The notes below the pieces were generated by a model, which saw only the letters and a list, made by a program, of their open reading frames with translations, was not told where the DNA came from and did no database searches. Position numbers and translations under genes: made by a program. DNA of 64,000 nt from a virus. The first letter of the stretch is position 1, and the number at the start of each line of letters is the position of its first letter. Positions 37,134-46,929 of this stretch are shown one piece after another. Location: the IMG/VR virus record IMGVR_UViG_3300035698_026135, positions 32,001 to 96,000 of that record. One strand, given 5' to 3'.

Positions 37134-39584
37134 ATGTCCGAGAAAATCCTCGTCAGCGCTGGCGTTTTTTCGCGAGAGATTGATGGTACAATCCGCCCCG
37201 CAGATCCACAGGGAATTGGTCCCGCATTTATTGCATCACGAGCAAAGGGGCCCGCGATGGTTCCGATCCGAACAAAGGATCTAGATACAGATCAACTATA
37301 TTTTGGCGCACCAGACGCCTCAGGCAAAGATTTTGGAGCCTATATGAACAGGCTCTATCTGGCACAAGATGCCACGCCCAGTACGTTCATTCGCGTCCTC
37401 CCCGTTGAGGGCACCGGAATCACTCCAGGGTTTACGGTAAACAATGTTGTAGCAATTGGATCTTCGGGCTCGACCGAAGGAAACATTCTTGCTTTGATTC
37501 ATTCATCGGGAAGTGTAACCCTCACGGATCTATCCTCCTCGATAGACGAACTCGGCCTCGTGATCGCTGGTGGCGACGGAAGCGGCGGCGTTCTTTCGGT
37601 TACCATGTCCTTGAATAGAAATTCAGACAAATACATAAAGAAGGTCTTGAATACAGATCCTACTCAGTATGGTACAAAAAATTATTATGTTTATTCCGTG
37701 TATGATTATGCGGACAAGGTTCCTGAGTCGGGAGTTGATGCGTTCTTCGCAGCCACTCTTCCAACAGGAGAGGCCGGAACTTACACCGATGGTTTCATTA
37801 CGGGCGCAACGACGAACGTGATTTCTCAACCATTCGATGCAACCGAATATGATCTATTTGGCGTCGGCTCAAGATTCGCAGGCGATAGCGCAAATACAGA
37901 AATTAAAGTTTCTGTTGTGAATATCAAGAAGTCTCCGAATCCAGATCAGAATGAGTTTGGGTCTTTCGGACTAATTGTTCGCCAGTACGCAGACAACGAT
38001 CGTCAGCCAGTTGTTCTTGAGTCCTTCTCTAATCTATCTCTCAATCCAAGCGACAGAAACTATATCTGCCGAAGAATTGGTGATCGATACAAGGTCTGGA
38101 ATTCAGCAACGGACAAGTTTGATGCATACGGCGAGTTTGAAAACAAATCAAAATACGTCTATGTCAATCCAACTACAGATCTCAAAAACGGAAACGTTCC
38201 AGACGCCGCACTACCATGGGGTTTTAATGGATATAGGAATCTGACCTCTGGTGCCGTTGGCAACAAGGCTCCCTTTCCCCCTCTTCCGTATGTTCAGGAC
38301 CTTGTTTACAAGAGCAACTTTACAACGAAGGTTTATTGGGGCGTTGAGATTATCAACAACGCTTCAGGCGCCATCAACCACGGCGTAGCAGATCGAGTTA
38401 AACATCTTAGTAAAACTCTTCTTGCTGCATCTGGAACTGTTGACGCGGACTTCTCGCTTAAGTTTGTCTCAGGAGCCACCGCCAACGTCGCAGGCTATAG
38501 TGCCACCGGTCGTTTGACTGCACCTGATTTGTCGACCCTGAGTACGTCAATTCAGTATAGTGCATCAACCGTTATGCCCACAGCGGGCTCAGGCGGATTC
38601 CTTTCGGTGGACAACATTGAAAACACGGTCGTTGCCAAGTTCACATTCCCTATCGCTGATGGATTTGATGGACTCAACATTCACCTAAAGGACCCATTGT
38701 CCTCAGAACAGATGTTGACAGACCAAGACTATCAGACGCACGCGTTCAAAACGGCGATAGACATGCTCTCCAATGCTGATGATATCAACATTAACGAGTT
38801 ATCCATTCCTGGAATTTACGCCAACAAGATCAGAGATAAGGCCGTTGAAGTCGTAGAGGATCGCGGAGACGCATTTTATATGATGGATATCTCAGGTGCC
38901 ACGGTCGATGATGCCGTGGACAGTGTTGTAGTCAATCAGCTCGACAGCAACTATGCCGGAGTGTGGTATCCCTACCTTCGACTCAACGACTCCTTGAATA
39001 ACAAGATTGTGGAAGTTCCACCAACCGTTGTCATGCCAGCAGTTCTTGCCTTCAATGACAAGACCGCATTCCCTTGGTTTGCTCCTGCCGGATTCAATCG
39101 AGGCGGACTGGCGCAATATGGAGTAGTTGAGGCAAAAGACAAACTCAACAAGGCAGATAGAGATAAACTTTATGAGAATAGAGTCAATCCTATCGCGACC
39201 TTCCCCAACCAGGGAACCGTCGTCTGGGGTCAGAAGACACTGCAAATTGCACCTTCTGCCCTTGATCGAATTAACGTTCGTCGAATGCTGCTTAGAGTCA
39301 GAAAGACAATCGCTCAAGAGGCACGAAATATCGTCTTCGAGCCGAATGTCCCTGCTACGTGGGAAAGATTTAAGAATCGCGTCGAGCCTTTCTTGAACCG
39401 CGTCAGAGAAAATGCCGGAATTGAAGATTTCAAGTTGATTCTCGACGAAAGCACGACCACCGAGGATTTGATCGAGCGAAACATCATGTATGGTAAAATC
39501 GCAGTCAAACCCACCAGAGCGGCAGAATATGTCTTGCTGGACTTCTTTGTGACAAACAACGTTGCCGGCTTCCAAGATAGTTAA
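37134..39584 (+). CDS. Contractile tail sheath protein (gp18-like)
   Basis: SAGVFSREID, PWFAPAGFNRG, RVNPIATFP, WGQKTLQ, RINVRR, FEPN. Confidence 0.95.
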   Translation: MSEKILVSAGVFSREIDGTIRPADPQGIGPAFIASRAKGPAMVPIRTKDLDTDQLYFGAPDASGKDFGAYMNRLYLAQDATPSTFIRVLPVEGTGITPGFTVNNVVAIGSSGSTEGNILALIHSSGSVTLTDLSSSIDELGLVIAGGDGSGGVLSVTMSLNRNSDKYIKKVLNTDPTQYGTKNYYVYSVYDYADKVPESGVDAFFAATLPTGEAGTYTDGFITGATTNVISQPFDATEYDLFGVGSRFAGDSANTEIKVSVVNIKKSPNPDQNEFGSFGLIVRQYADNDRQPVVLESFSNLSLNPSDRNYICRRIGDRYKVWNSATDKFDAYGEFENKSKYVYVNPTTDLKNGNVPDAALPWGFNGYRNLTSGAVGNKAPFPPLPYVQDLVYKSNFTTKVYWGVEIINNASGAINHGVADRVKHLSKTLLAASGTVDADFSLKFVSGATANVAGYSATGRLTAPDLSTLSTSIQYSASTVMPTAGSGGFLSVDNIENTVVAKFTFPIADGFDGLNIHLKDPLSSEQMLTDQDYQTHAFKTAIDMLSNADDININELSIPGIYANKIRDKAVEVVEDRGDAFYMMDISGATVDDAVDSVVVNQLDSNYAGVWYPYLRLNDSLNNKIVEVPPTVVMPAVLAFNDKTAFPWFAPAGFNRGGLAQYGVVEAKDKLNKADRDKLYENRVNPIATFPNQGTVVWGQKTLQIAPSALDRINVRRMLLRVRKTIAQEARNIVFEPNVPATWERFKNRVEPFLNRVRENAGIEDFKLILDESTTTEDLIERNIMYGKIAVKPTRAAEYVLLDFFVTNNVAGFQDS

Positions 39585-39607
39585 AAAATAAAACAAGACC
39601 TGTATAG

Positions 39608-39638
39608 AAAGCCCCTGAATTCCAGGGGTTTTTTATTT
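39608..39638 (+). terminator. Intrinsic terminator after sheath gene
   Basis: AAAGCCCCTG-AATTC-CAGGGGTTTT-TTATTT. Confidence 0.85.
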
Positions 39639-39781
39639 GTGGTGTACGCTTTTATCAAAATATCGGCCTTTTATCGGCCAGGGAACCAAAGACTCGCTTT
39701 ATGTCGAATAAATAGATATTTAAATTATTTTACTTTTGTTTGTCTCATTACTAATTAAAAACAACTAGGAGATAAACTTGA

Positions 39782-40270
39782 ATGGCTGAAACATTAGAAG
39801 TAACACAGATGCTCGCAAATCAATACGAGCCCAAAAGAAAGTTCCGTTGGTTGCTAGAAATTGATGGAATTGACGCCTTTACTTGCAAAACGACCCAAAG
39901 ACCCAAAAAGAAATTTGAACCCAAGACGATTGATTATATTAATCAGAAAAGGTATGTCGCAGGGAAAGGGGAATGGCAAGAGGTTCAGTTTGTTCTGTAT
40001 GACCCCATTGCTCCATCGGCAGCACAAAAGGTAACATCCTGGCTCCGATTGGTCCACGACGATCCTACTGGACGTATGGGCTATGCTGAAATGTATAAGA
40101 AAAACTTCGCACTCAAACTCCTTGATGGAATTGGGAATGTTGTTGAAAAGTGGAACATCATAGGCGCTTGGCCCATGGATGTTGATTTTGGAGAACTGGA
40201 CTACGAGTCCAGCGACCTTACCGAAATTACGGTAATGATTCGTTACGACGAAGCGAGAATGGAATTTTAA
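39782..40270 (+). CDS. Tail tube protein (gp19-like)
   Basis: YEPKRKFRW, YKKNFALKLLD..VEKW..GAWP..FGELDY; CTAATTAA at 39751 and AGGAG RBS. Confidence 0.9.
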   Translation: MAETLEVTQMLANQYEPKRKFRWLLEIDGIDAFTCKTTQRPKKKFEPKTIDYINQKRYVAGKGEWQEVQFVLYDPIAPSAAQKVTSWLRLVHDDPTGRMGYAEMYKKNFALKLLDGIGNVVEKWNIIGAWPMDVDFGELDYESSDLTEITVMIRYDEARMEF

Positions 40271-40307
40271 TCACACACATTAGGAGACAATAAGGAATTA
40301 TTTTACA

Positions 40308-42059
40308 ATGAAGAAGAAAAAGATGAAATTGAGTGAATTCGCACCTCTAGCTGCTGTTGGGGGTGCTCTTGCATCCGCAGCCACAGACAAGGTTGTCGAT
40401 GCCCTAACTGATGCAAAAGAAGAGGGAGAGATCTCCGAACAGTCCGCATTTCAAGAAATGTTTGAAGCCGGAATGAAAAACGAAGATTATCCGGCACGAA
40501 ATCAATATCCTGGCGGACAAGAGTTTCCAAAATATAAGAAGCCCGAAAACACCGGAAGTGAAGAGTTAGACGAAGACGGATATCCCCATTCGATTCAATA
40601 TCCCGGAAAGAAACCCGCATGGCCAAGAGTTAAAGAGTCAGTAGCGCAAGATTTAGATCCAGGATTTAAAGATTGGGTAGAAGAGAGATATGGCATGGAC
40701 CCAGCGCAGCTTGAGAACGATCAGCAAAACAAGTTGGCCACCGAATATAGAAATAAGACAGGGCTTAAGAATAGGCCTAAAATCGGTGAGGCACGAAAGT
40801 CCCAAAAGTCCCTTAAAGAATTTGGGGCCGCTCAAGGACAATCCGATCCAAAGGCCGCCTTACCAGAGCTGATGAGGCTTTTGATGGCCCTACCTCAGCA
40901 AGAGCTTATAAAGATTGGTAGCATGATTCCCAAGTTGGCTTCAATGAAGCAAAATCAGAGAGAGTCTAAAGACCTTAAGGAACGTTTCCCTGGAGAACAA
41001 GGACGCGACCTATCCCAAGAGTACAGGGCAGACCAAGTGAGCCAAGCAACAAGCCGAATGCCTCAAGGCGCGGAAGCAAATCCCGATGATGTATTTGCAG
41101 ATTTTGAAAACAATCAAATGAATCGTCAAATGTCTGGAATGTCTAGAAGCAATCTTCCATCGATGAACAATTCACCACAAAATCCGTTCTCTGGAGAACG
41201 ATCCAAGCCTGGTCTTGGAGTAATAAATAAAAACTTAAATCGGTTTTCGAGAGAGGATCTTCCCACAATGCACGGAGAAAATAAAAAGATTTCAATGACA
41301 AAAGGTCGATTAAGAGATATAATCAAAGAGAGTTTGGTTTTACAGAAAAAGAAAGAGTGTGTTAATCGCATTGTTAAACAACAGATCACAGAGCAGGTTA
41401 GAGTTCATCATTTGGCAAATCATTACCTCACAGAGGGTCCTCTTTCCAATATGTGGCAAGGTGCAAAAACAGCTGGAGCTGGAGTTGCCGGAGCCGCAAA
41501 GGGTCTCGTTCAAGGCGCTCAGGGCGCAATGGGCCAAGCTGCTGCTGGTATGGAACAGGGTCGCGCCGCACAGCAGGCACAGAATCAAGTCCAACAGGCA
41601 GAAAAACAACTCATGAAACTTGTCGGCACAGCAAGCAAGGCGAAAGATCGTTTTACTCAAGAGACCCTAAAGAGTTCTCAGCTTTTAAATAATTATCATG
41701 AGGCTATCACTCAACTCACCGCAGCCCACAAGCAGCTATCTCCTCAGCTTGGATCAGAAGGAGAGCGACTAAAAGGTGAGGTCGATCGCATGGTAGGACA
41801 GCTATATTATGACCTCAAGTCAGAAAAAGAGGGAGTAGAGACCTTCCTAAAGAGTCTTCGCTCAGATGGCTCAATGGTACAAGGCCAAGCTCAATATCAG
41901 GGATCTCAAGCTAGAAAGGGTGCGGACACCGAGCGACAGGCTCAACATGGCGGCAAAACTTCAGCCAGAAGTCGCGCATCTAGAGATTCAGGCCCAGGCA
42001 AAAAACCTTACAAAGTTCCTAGTCCCGACGATATGGGATTCGGCAAAAAAAAGAAATAA
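40308..42059 (+). CDS. Low-complexity putative internal head/ejection protein
   Basis: Many [LIV]xE sites; Q/G/A-rich; shares modules with the next gene. Confidence 0.5.
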   Translation: MKKKKMKLSEFAPLAAVGGALASAATDKVVDALTDAKEEGEISEQSAFQEMFEAGMKNEDYPARNQYPGGQEFPKYKKPENTGSEELDEDGYPHSIQYPGKKPAWPRVKESVAQDLDPGFKDWVEERYGMDPAQLENDQQNKLATEYRNKTGLKNRPKIGEARKSQKSLKEFGAAQGQSDPKAALPELMRLLMALPQQELIKIGSMIPKLASMKQNQRESKDLKERFPGEQGRDLSQEYRADQVSQATSRMPQGAEANPDDVFADFENNQMNRQMSGMSRSNLPSMNNSPQNPFSGERSKPGLGVINKNLNRFSREDLPTMHGENKKISMTKGRLRDIIKESLVLQKKKECVNRIVKQQITEQVRVHHLANHYLTEGPLSNMWQGAKTAGAGVAGAAKGLVQGAQGAMGQAAAGMEQGRAAQQAQNQVQQAEKQLMKLVGTASKAKDRFTQETLKSSQLLNNYHEAITQLTAAHKQLSPQLGSEGERLKGEVDRMVGQLYYDLKSEKEGVETFLKSLRSDGSMVQGQAQYQGSQARKGADTERQAQHGGKTSARSRASRDSGPGKKPYKVPSPDDMGFGKKKK

Positions 42060-42062
42060 GTT

Positions 42063-43523
42063 ATGAAGAAAAAACCTTCTGAAAAAATCATTAACGAAGC
42101 AATCCAGGCCGCGATCAATGGGAGAATCCTGCACGAGGGTCCTATTAATTTCGTAAAATCTGTTGGCGCTGGAATAAAAGGCGCCGGCCAAGGCGCTCTT
42201 GGAAACTATAATGCCAATAAGGCCAAGTCTTATATGGACCAGTTTGCCAAGAAGACAGAGAAGGGTTTTCAGAAATTTTCCACAAAGACAAAGAATGTCG
42301 CCGGAAAGATGAAGAACTCGTCCAATCCTGCCGTTAGCAAGACTGGACAAGAGATAGACTCAGAAGTCGAAGATGCAAGGAATAAGCTAGGTCGTGTTAT
42401 AAAAGATATGCAGCAAAACCTGCCTTCAGCCGTTGGCGGAAGTAAAAACAAAGGCGCCTTCGCTGGATCTGAAGCAGGACAAGAAAAAGGATCTCCAGAA
42501 TCAGAAAAAGAAGATTTATTCTCCCCCGAAATGAAACAGTGGTTTGATGAAAAACATGGACATACCGGACTTAGCTTGGATAAATTATCTAAGTCATCCA
42601 GGGAAAAGGTTCAGTTTCAGTACAGTAGAGAGAAAGAAAAAAAAGAAGATGACGCCCTAAACCCCAAAGAAGAACCTAAAGCCGAAGAGCCAAAAGAAAA
42701 AAAAGAACCCGAAGCAAAAGGTGAGCCCGAAGCAAAAGGTGAGCCCGAACAACCGGAACCCGAAGTTCCTAAATCAGGATTTGAAAGATGGGTTGAAAAA
42801 GAATACGATTCGCCATTTGAGCAAGTTGCGCAAGGCAACGCAGCGAAGGCTCGTTTGTTCAAGGACTACCAAGAGCACGTCAGACAACAGAAGGTTATCA
42901 AAAAGGCCCAAGCGGCCCAAGCTAATGCGGCCACCGCAGAGCCAGCCCCCGCTGTTGACGAGCCCGTCACAACTCCTCCTCCAGGCTCCACGGGAACCGG
43001 AGCAAACGCCCCCAAGGTAAGCCAGGCTCAACCAAGCCAGAAAAAGAAAGCAAGCGGATACAAACCGCCCACGCCAGAACAAATGAGGAAGAAGATGGAC
43101 AGAGACGAACACCAAAGAAGATCTGCTGCGAAACAGGCCGGCCAACAACAGGCTCGGCCACAAGAGGCCAACTCTCCAATGCTTCCTCCTCCATCAGCCG
43201 CAAGCCATCAGGCCGGCCGCACCAAAATTCCGACATCACAAACGCCAATTCGGGTCGCTCAGCCTGATGAAGAGCACATGAAAGCCAATTTTGGATCACG
43301 GACAGCAAATCAAACCGTCAAAAACCAGAAAATTAGAGACACATCAACCTGGAGGCCTCCAAGTAAAAAGGAGGGCCAACAAGAAGAGGGATTTGATGGT
43401 AGCAAAACAATGTCGGACTACATGTCGCATTATGACGACAATCCAGACGAAGAGGCAGCAGCCCTTGAACAATATAAATTAGATTCTTTTTTCCCATACA
43501 CACAGAAGAAGAAGCGTAAATAA
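42063..43523 (+). CDS. Low-complexity putative internal head/ejection protein
   Basis: IINE, LHE|GP amphipathic segment; P/Q/E-rich tail. Confidence 0.5.
   Translation: MKKKPSEKIINEAIQAAINGRILHEGPINFVKSVGAGIKGAGQGALGNYNANKAKSYMDQFAKKTEKGFQKFSTKTKNVAGKMKNSSNPAVSKTGQEIDSEVEDARNKLGRVIKDMQQNLPSAVGGSKNKGAFAGSEAGQEKGSPESEKEDLFSPEMKQWFDEKHGHTGLSLDKLSKSSREKVQFQYSREKEKKEDDALNPKEEPKAEEPKEKKEPEAKGEPEAKGEPEQPEPEVPKSGFERWVEKEYDSPFEQVAQGNAAKARLFKDYQEHVRQQKVIKKAQAAQANAATAEPAPAVDEPVTTPPPGSTGTGANAPKVSQAQPSQKKKASGYKPPTPEQMRKKMDRDEHQRRSAAKQAGQQQARPQEANSPMLPPPSAASHQAGRTKIPTSQTPIRVAQPDEEHMKANFGSRTANQTVKNQKIRDTSTWRPPSKKEGQQEEGFDGSKTMSDYMSHYDDNPDEEAAALEQYKLDSFFPYTQKKKRK
42708..42749 (+). repeat. 18-bp coding tandem repeat
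   Basis: CCCGAAGCAAAAGGTGAG twice plus CCCGAA (PEAKGE). Confidence 0.85.
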
Positions 43524-43595
43524 ACATACGCACCCAAAAATTCGAACTTAGACTAGCTTAGATTATCTTAGCTTTCATAATATTAAGGAGATAGC

Positions 43596-44417
43596 ATGAC
43601 ACAAAAAAATATAGATGTGCTGGAAGGCACAAAGAAAAATGACGAGGGGGTACCATTTGAATCGGTACCCTTGCCGTCCCAAGGCGCAATTTACGCAGAG
43701 GAACACCCGCTCTATCAAGAGACTTCTGTTGAAATTAAGGCCATGACAGCAGTTGAGGAAGATATCCTTACATCAAGAGCCTTGATTAAAAAGGGTACCG
43801 TAATAGATGAACTTTTGAAATCTTGTCTCTTGAATAAATCGATTAATCCCGCCAAGCTTTTGGCTGGCGACAAATCCGCAATTCTTTTAGCTATTAGAAT
43901 TTCTGGTTTCGGAGCAGACTATACCGTCGAGACGGCTTGTCCAGACTGTAGTAAAAAGTTTGACTATACCTTTGATCTCTCTAAGTGTTCTATTAAAAAC
44001 CTGGCCGAAGAGCCACAGTCCCCAGGAGAGAACCTTTTCCTGATGACACTTCCCATGTCAAAAAAGGAGGTGAAATTTAGACTGCTAACAGCAGAAGACG
44101 AAGAAGATATTACAAAAACTCAAGAAGCTCGAAAGAGAGCTGTCATGAAGCAGACGAAAGGACGCGCACCAGATCTAGAAACGAACGTTACAGATCGATT
44201 GACTTTCGCTGTTGTCTCTTTGGGAGGCGAACAAGATAAATCCAAAATTGCTAAAATGGTCAGACAACTACGCGCAGGAGATTCTAAAGCTCTCCGTCGT
44301 AGGATGAACGAGATCGAACCAGACGTAAGGATGGAAGAGGAGGTAAACTGCCCTCATTGTGGAGCCGTGGAATCACACGACATCCCGATGGGGGTAGAAT
44401 TTCTTTGGCCGCAATAG
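43596..44417 (+). CDS. Tail/baseplate assembly chaperone
   Basis: LPSQG, MTAVEEDILTS, DKSAILLAIRISGFG, CPDC, CPHC, FLWP end; precedes tape measure. Confidence 0.8.
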   Translation: MTQKNIDVLEGTKKNDEGVPFESVPLPSQGAIYAEEHPLYQETSVEIKAMTAVEEDILTSRALIKKGTVIDELLKSCLLNKSINPAKLLAGDKSAILLAIRISGFGADYTVETACPDCSKKFDYTFDLSKCSIKNLAEEPQSPGENLFLMTLPMSKKEVKFRLLTAEDEEDITKTQEARKRAVMKQTKGRAPDLETNVTDRLTFAVVSLGGEQDKSKIAKMVRQLRAGDSKALRRRMNEIEPDVRMEEEVNCPHCGAVESHDIPMGVEFLWPQ

Positions 44418-44610
44418 TGAATACTTATTCGGTATAGATAACAACTATATAACAAAAGTCTCTTTGAAGGAAACTTATTACTTGGTTGGCTACGGATTTT
44501 CCCATGAATCGCTTAGGAAAATGCCTATAGCCCTAAGAAGATATTATTTTTCTGAATTTGTTAAACAGAAAGAAGATGAGAGAGGAGAAAATCCCACTCC
44601 ACAAAGATAG
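44398..44610 (+). CDS. Start-less ORF, probable frameshift extension of the chaperone (gpGT-like)
   Basis: 70 codons NFFGRNSEYLFG..GFSHESLRKMPIALRRYYF; frame opens right after TAG 44395-44397 and overlaps the chaperone end. Confidence 0.6.
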   Translation, partial: NFFGRNSEYLFGIDNNYITKVSLKETYYLVGYGFSHESLRKMPIALRRYYFSEFVKQKEDERGENPTPQR

Positions 44611-44637
44611 ATGCGCTTCTATTTAATCTAGAATTCG

Positions 44638-46926
44638 ATGAATAAAAACGACATGAAAGACATCAGTGCCGGCATGGGCGGACTGACGCAAGCGATTGAT
44701 AGACTAGAGGCTCGCCTTTCTGGTGCGGGAGAGAACTTTAAAAAATTCGGAGCCTCTGCTGCTGACTCTACAAAGAAAACAGCCAGAGCCAAAAAGGGTA
44801 CGTCCGACCTTTCTTCTAGTATGTCCAAGCAGGCCACCATTATGAGTACGGTCACCGACAAAATAAAGAGACACACCAGCGCTCTAGGTCTGCTTACAGC
44901 CGCCATTAGCCTAGTTAAGACCGCCTGGAAGTCCTGGATGGCTGTCGGCACAGCTTCAAAGAAGGCATTTGCCGATATGTCTGGACAACTAGGTTTATCC
45001 ACAGCCCAGATGGGTAAGATGAAGAAGGCCTCCAGAGAACTTCAGGGGACATATAACGGCCTTGTCGGAACCATCGGCGAAGTCAATATTACACTTTCAG
45101 CAAAAGACACAGCAGAATTAGCTAAATCTTGGAGAAATGTCAATGAAGCAGCAGGCCCAGGATTCGGGAATGCCATGCTCACCTTCTCTAGAGGTATGGG
45201 CCTTGGAATGGAGGGCGCTACTACATTAAGGCGCTCGCTCGAAAGCATGGGTGTAACAGAAACAAGTGCAGAGTTTCAGGCTTGGGGCGGTGAAATGATC
45301 GGCTTCGCGGATAGTATTGGTGCAAGCGCTGGCCAATTGATGGGAGATTTCAACGAGTCCAAGGATGTGTTGGCAAGATTTGGCAAACAAGGCATGTCAA
45401 CATTTAAAGATGCTTCCCTGATGGCAACAAAATTTGGTCTGTCCACAAAGAAACTTTTGGAAGGAATGACAGGGTTTGATAAATTTGGAGACTCAGCAAG
45501 CAAGGTGAATGAATTGAATGCAGTTCTTGGCACAACGGTATCTGCATATAAGTTAACGATGGAAACAAGTCCAGCAAAGAGGTTGGAGATGGTTCGACAA
45601 GAAGTCATGGAGTCAGGCAAAGAGTGGGAACACATGAGCCACATTCAGAGAAAGACTTTAGCTCAGACTGTCGGACTAAGCGAAGAAGAAGCAGCTCGCG
45701 TATTTAAAAATAAAATGTCTCTTAGCGAGCTTCGCGGAGAGCAAGAGAAGGCAGCAAAAAAGAAAGGCCTTGAAGCGCTATCGGAAAAAGAGAATCAGAA
45801 AAAGATGCAAGACGCTCTTATTCGAACTGGTGAAGTGTTTGATAAAATAAGCCAGGCTATGGATGGATTCTTTAAGTCGATAGGAAATCTTCTAGCTCCC
45901 ATCTTCGGAGATGTTAACGATGGCCTATCGGGCATGATCAACAAGGCGACTGTATTTATCAACAAGATAGCGAAGGACAAAAAAGTCCAAGCGTTCATGG
46001 TCAGACTGAAAGAAAAAATAGACCAAATCGGTAAAGAGGCACTTCCCTGGATCACCGACACAGCTTGGCCATTGGTAGAAAAGGCTTTTATGTTCATAGA
46101 CAAACACGCCATTCCTGCTTTTGATTTATTTCTAGATACCGTTAATATGGTTGCCGAATCATTTGAGTGGTGGGCAACAGCGTTCAATAAATATGTTGCT
46201 GCGCCTTTCAAGTTCTTCTTTGGGGATGTCGATTTTCTAACAAGGTTTAAAGATTCAATGCATATCATAATGCTCGACATTGGACAAGATATCTATAGTT
46301 CAATAGCAACACCGTTTCAGAAAATCTCTCAATTGATATTGACGCTCGCCGGGAAAGTTCCCGCCCTCGGCAAAATGATCAATAAGGCCGGCCTGGGCGA
46401 AGGCCTTAAACATATGGCTGCTGGCGGGAACCCCTTTTCTAAGGCTATTGTAGAAAAACAAAAAGACATGACAAAAGATGAAGGTGCGTACAAGATCGCT
46501 GAAGTGATGAAAGGTCGCGGCGTAGGCGCAACCGAACTCGCTAAGCTACCAGAGCACAAAAATGCACTAGAGAATCTTATGAGGATGGCACCAGAGGGAA
46601 CGAAAGATAAGGCCGCTTATGTACAAAGCCTGTATGACCGAATCGGTAAAGGCAACGGCGCCACTGACAACGAAAGAGGTAACGGCCAACTTGGCGGAAT
46701 AAGAGCGCCAGCAGCCACCGCAGCCACCGCAGGCTATACCGAAACCCTTCTTCCAGAAGAGGCGGCTGGAGGCTCTTCAAATAAGAATGCAACAAAAAAG
46801 ACAAGAAGTGCTTCACCAAGCAGTCTAAGCCCTGGATCCAAAGATATTACAATAGAAGCAGCAGATGTTGTTATGGACGGAAAGAAGGTTGGAAGCGTTT
46901 TGTTTCAAGCCTCCGTAAGAGATTAA
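44638..46926 (+). CDS. Tape measure protein
   Basis: 762 aa, helical A/G/K/M-rich, after chaperone; DGKKVG C-terminus. Confidence 0.8.
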   Translation: MNKNDMKDISAGMGGLTQAIDRLEARLSGAGENFKKFGASAADSTKKTARAKKGTSDLSSSMSKQATIMSTVTDKIKRHTSALGLLTAAISLVKTAWKSWMAVGTASKKAFADMSGQLGLSTAQMGKMKKASRELQGTYNGLVGTIGEVNITLSAKDTAELAKSWRNVNEAAGPGFGNAMLTFSRGMGLGMEGATTLRRSLESMGVTETSAEFQAWGGEMIGFADSIGASAGQLMGDFNESKDVLARFGKQGMSTFKDASLMATKFGLSTKKLLEGMTGFDKFGDSASKVNELNAVLGTTVSAYKLTMETSPAKRLEMVRQEVMESGKEWEHMSHIQRKTLAQTVGLSEEEAARVFKNKMSLSELRGEQEKAAKKKGLEALSEKENQKKMQDALIRTGEVFDKISQAMDGFFKSIGNLLAPIFGDVNDGLSGMINKATVFINKIAKDKKVQAFMVRLKEKIDQIGKEALPWITDTAWPLVEKAFMFIDKHAIPAFDLFLDTVNMVAESFEWWATAFNKYVAAPFKFFFGDVDFLTRFKDSMHIIMLDIGQDIYSSIATPFQKISQLILTLAGKVPALGKMINKAGLGEGLKHMAAGGNPFSKAIVEKQKDMTKDEGAYKIAEVMKGRGVGATELAKLPEHKNALENLMRMAPEGTKDKAAYVQSLYDRIGKGNGATDNERGNGQLGGIRAPAATAATAGYTETLLPEEAAGGSSNKNATKKTRSASPSSLSPGSKDITIEAADVVMDGKKVGSVLFQASVRD

Positions 46927-46929
46927 AAA

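Noticed and set aside
39661-39679. Direct repeat TATCGGCC x2 between sheath and tube
   Set aside because: Only two short copies and no other support
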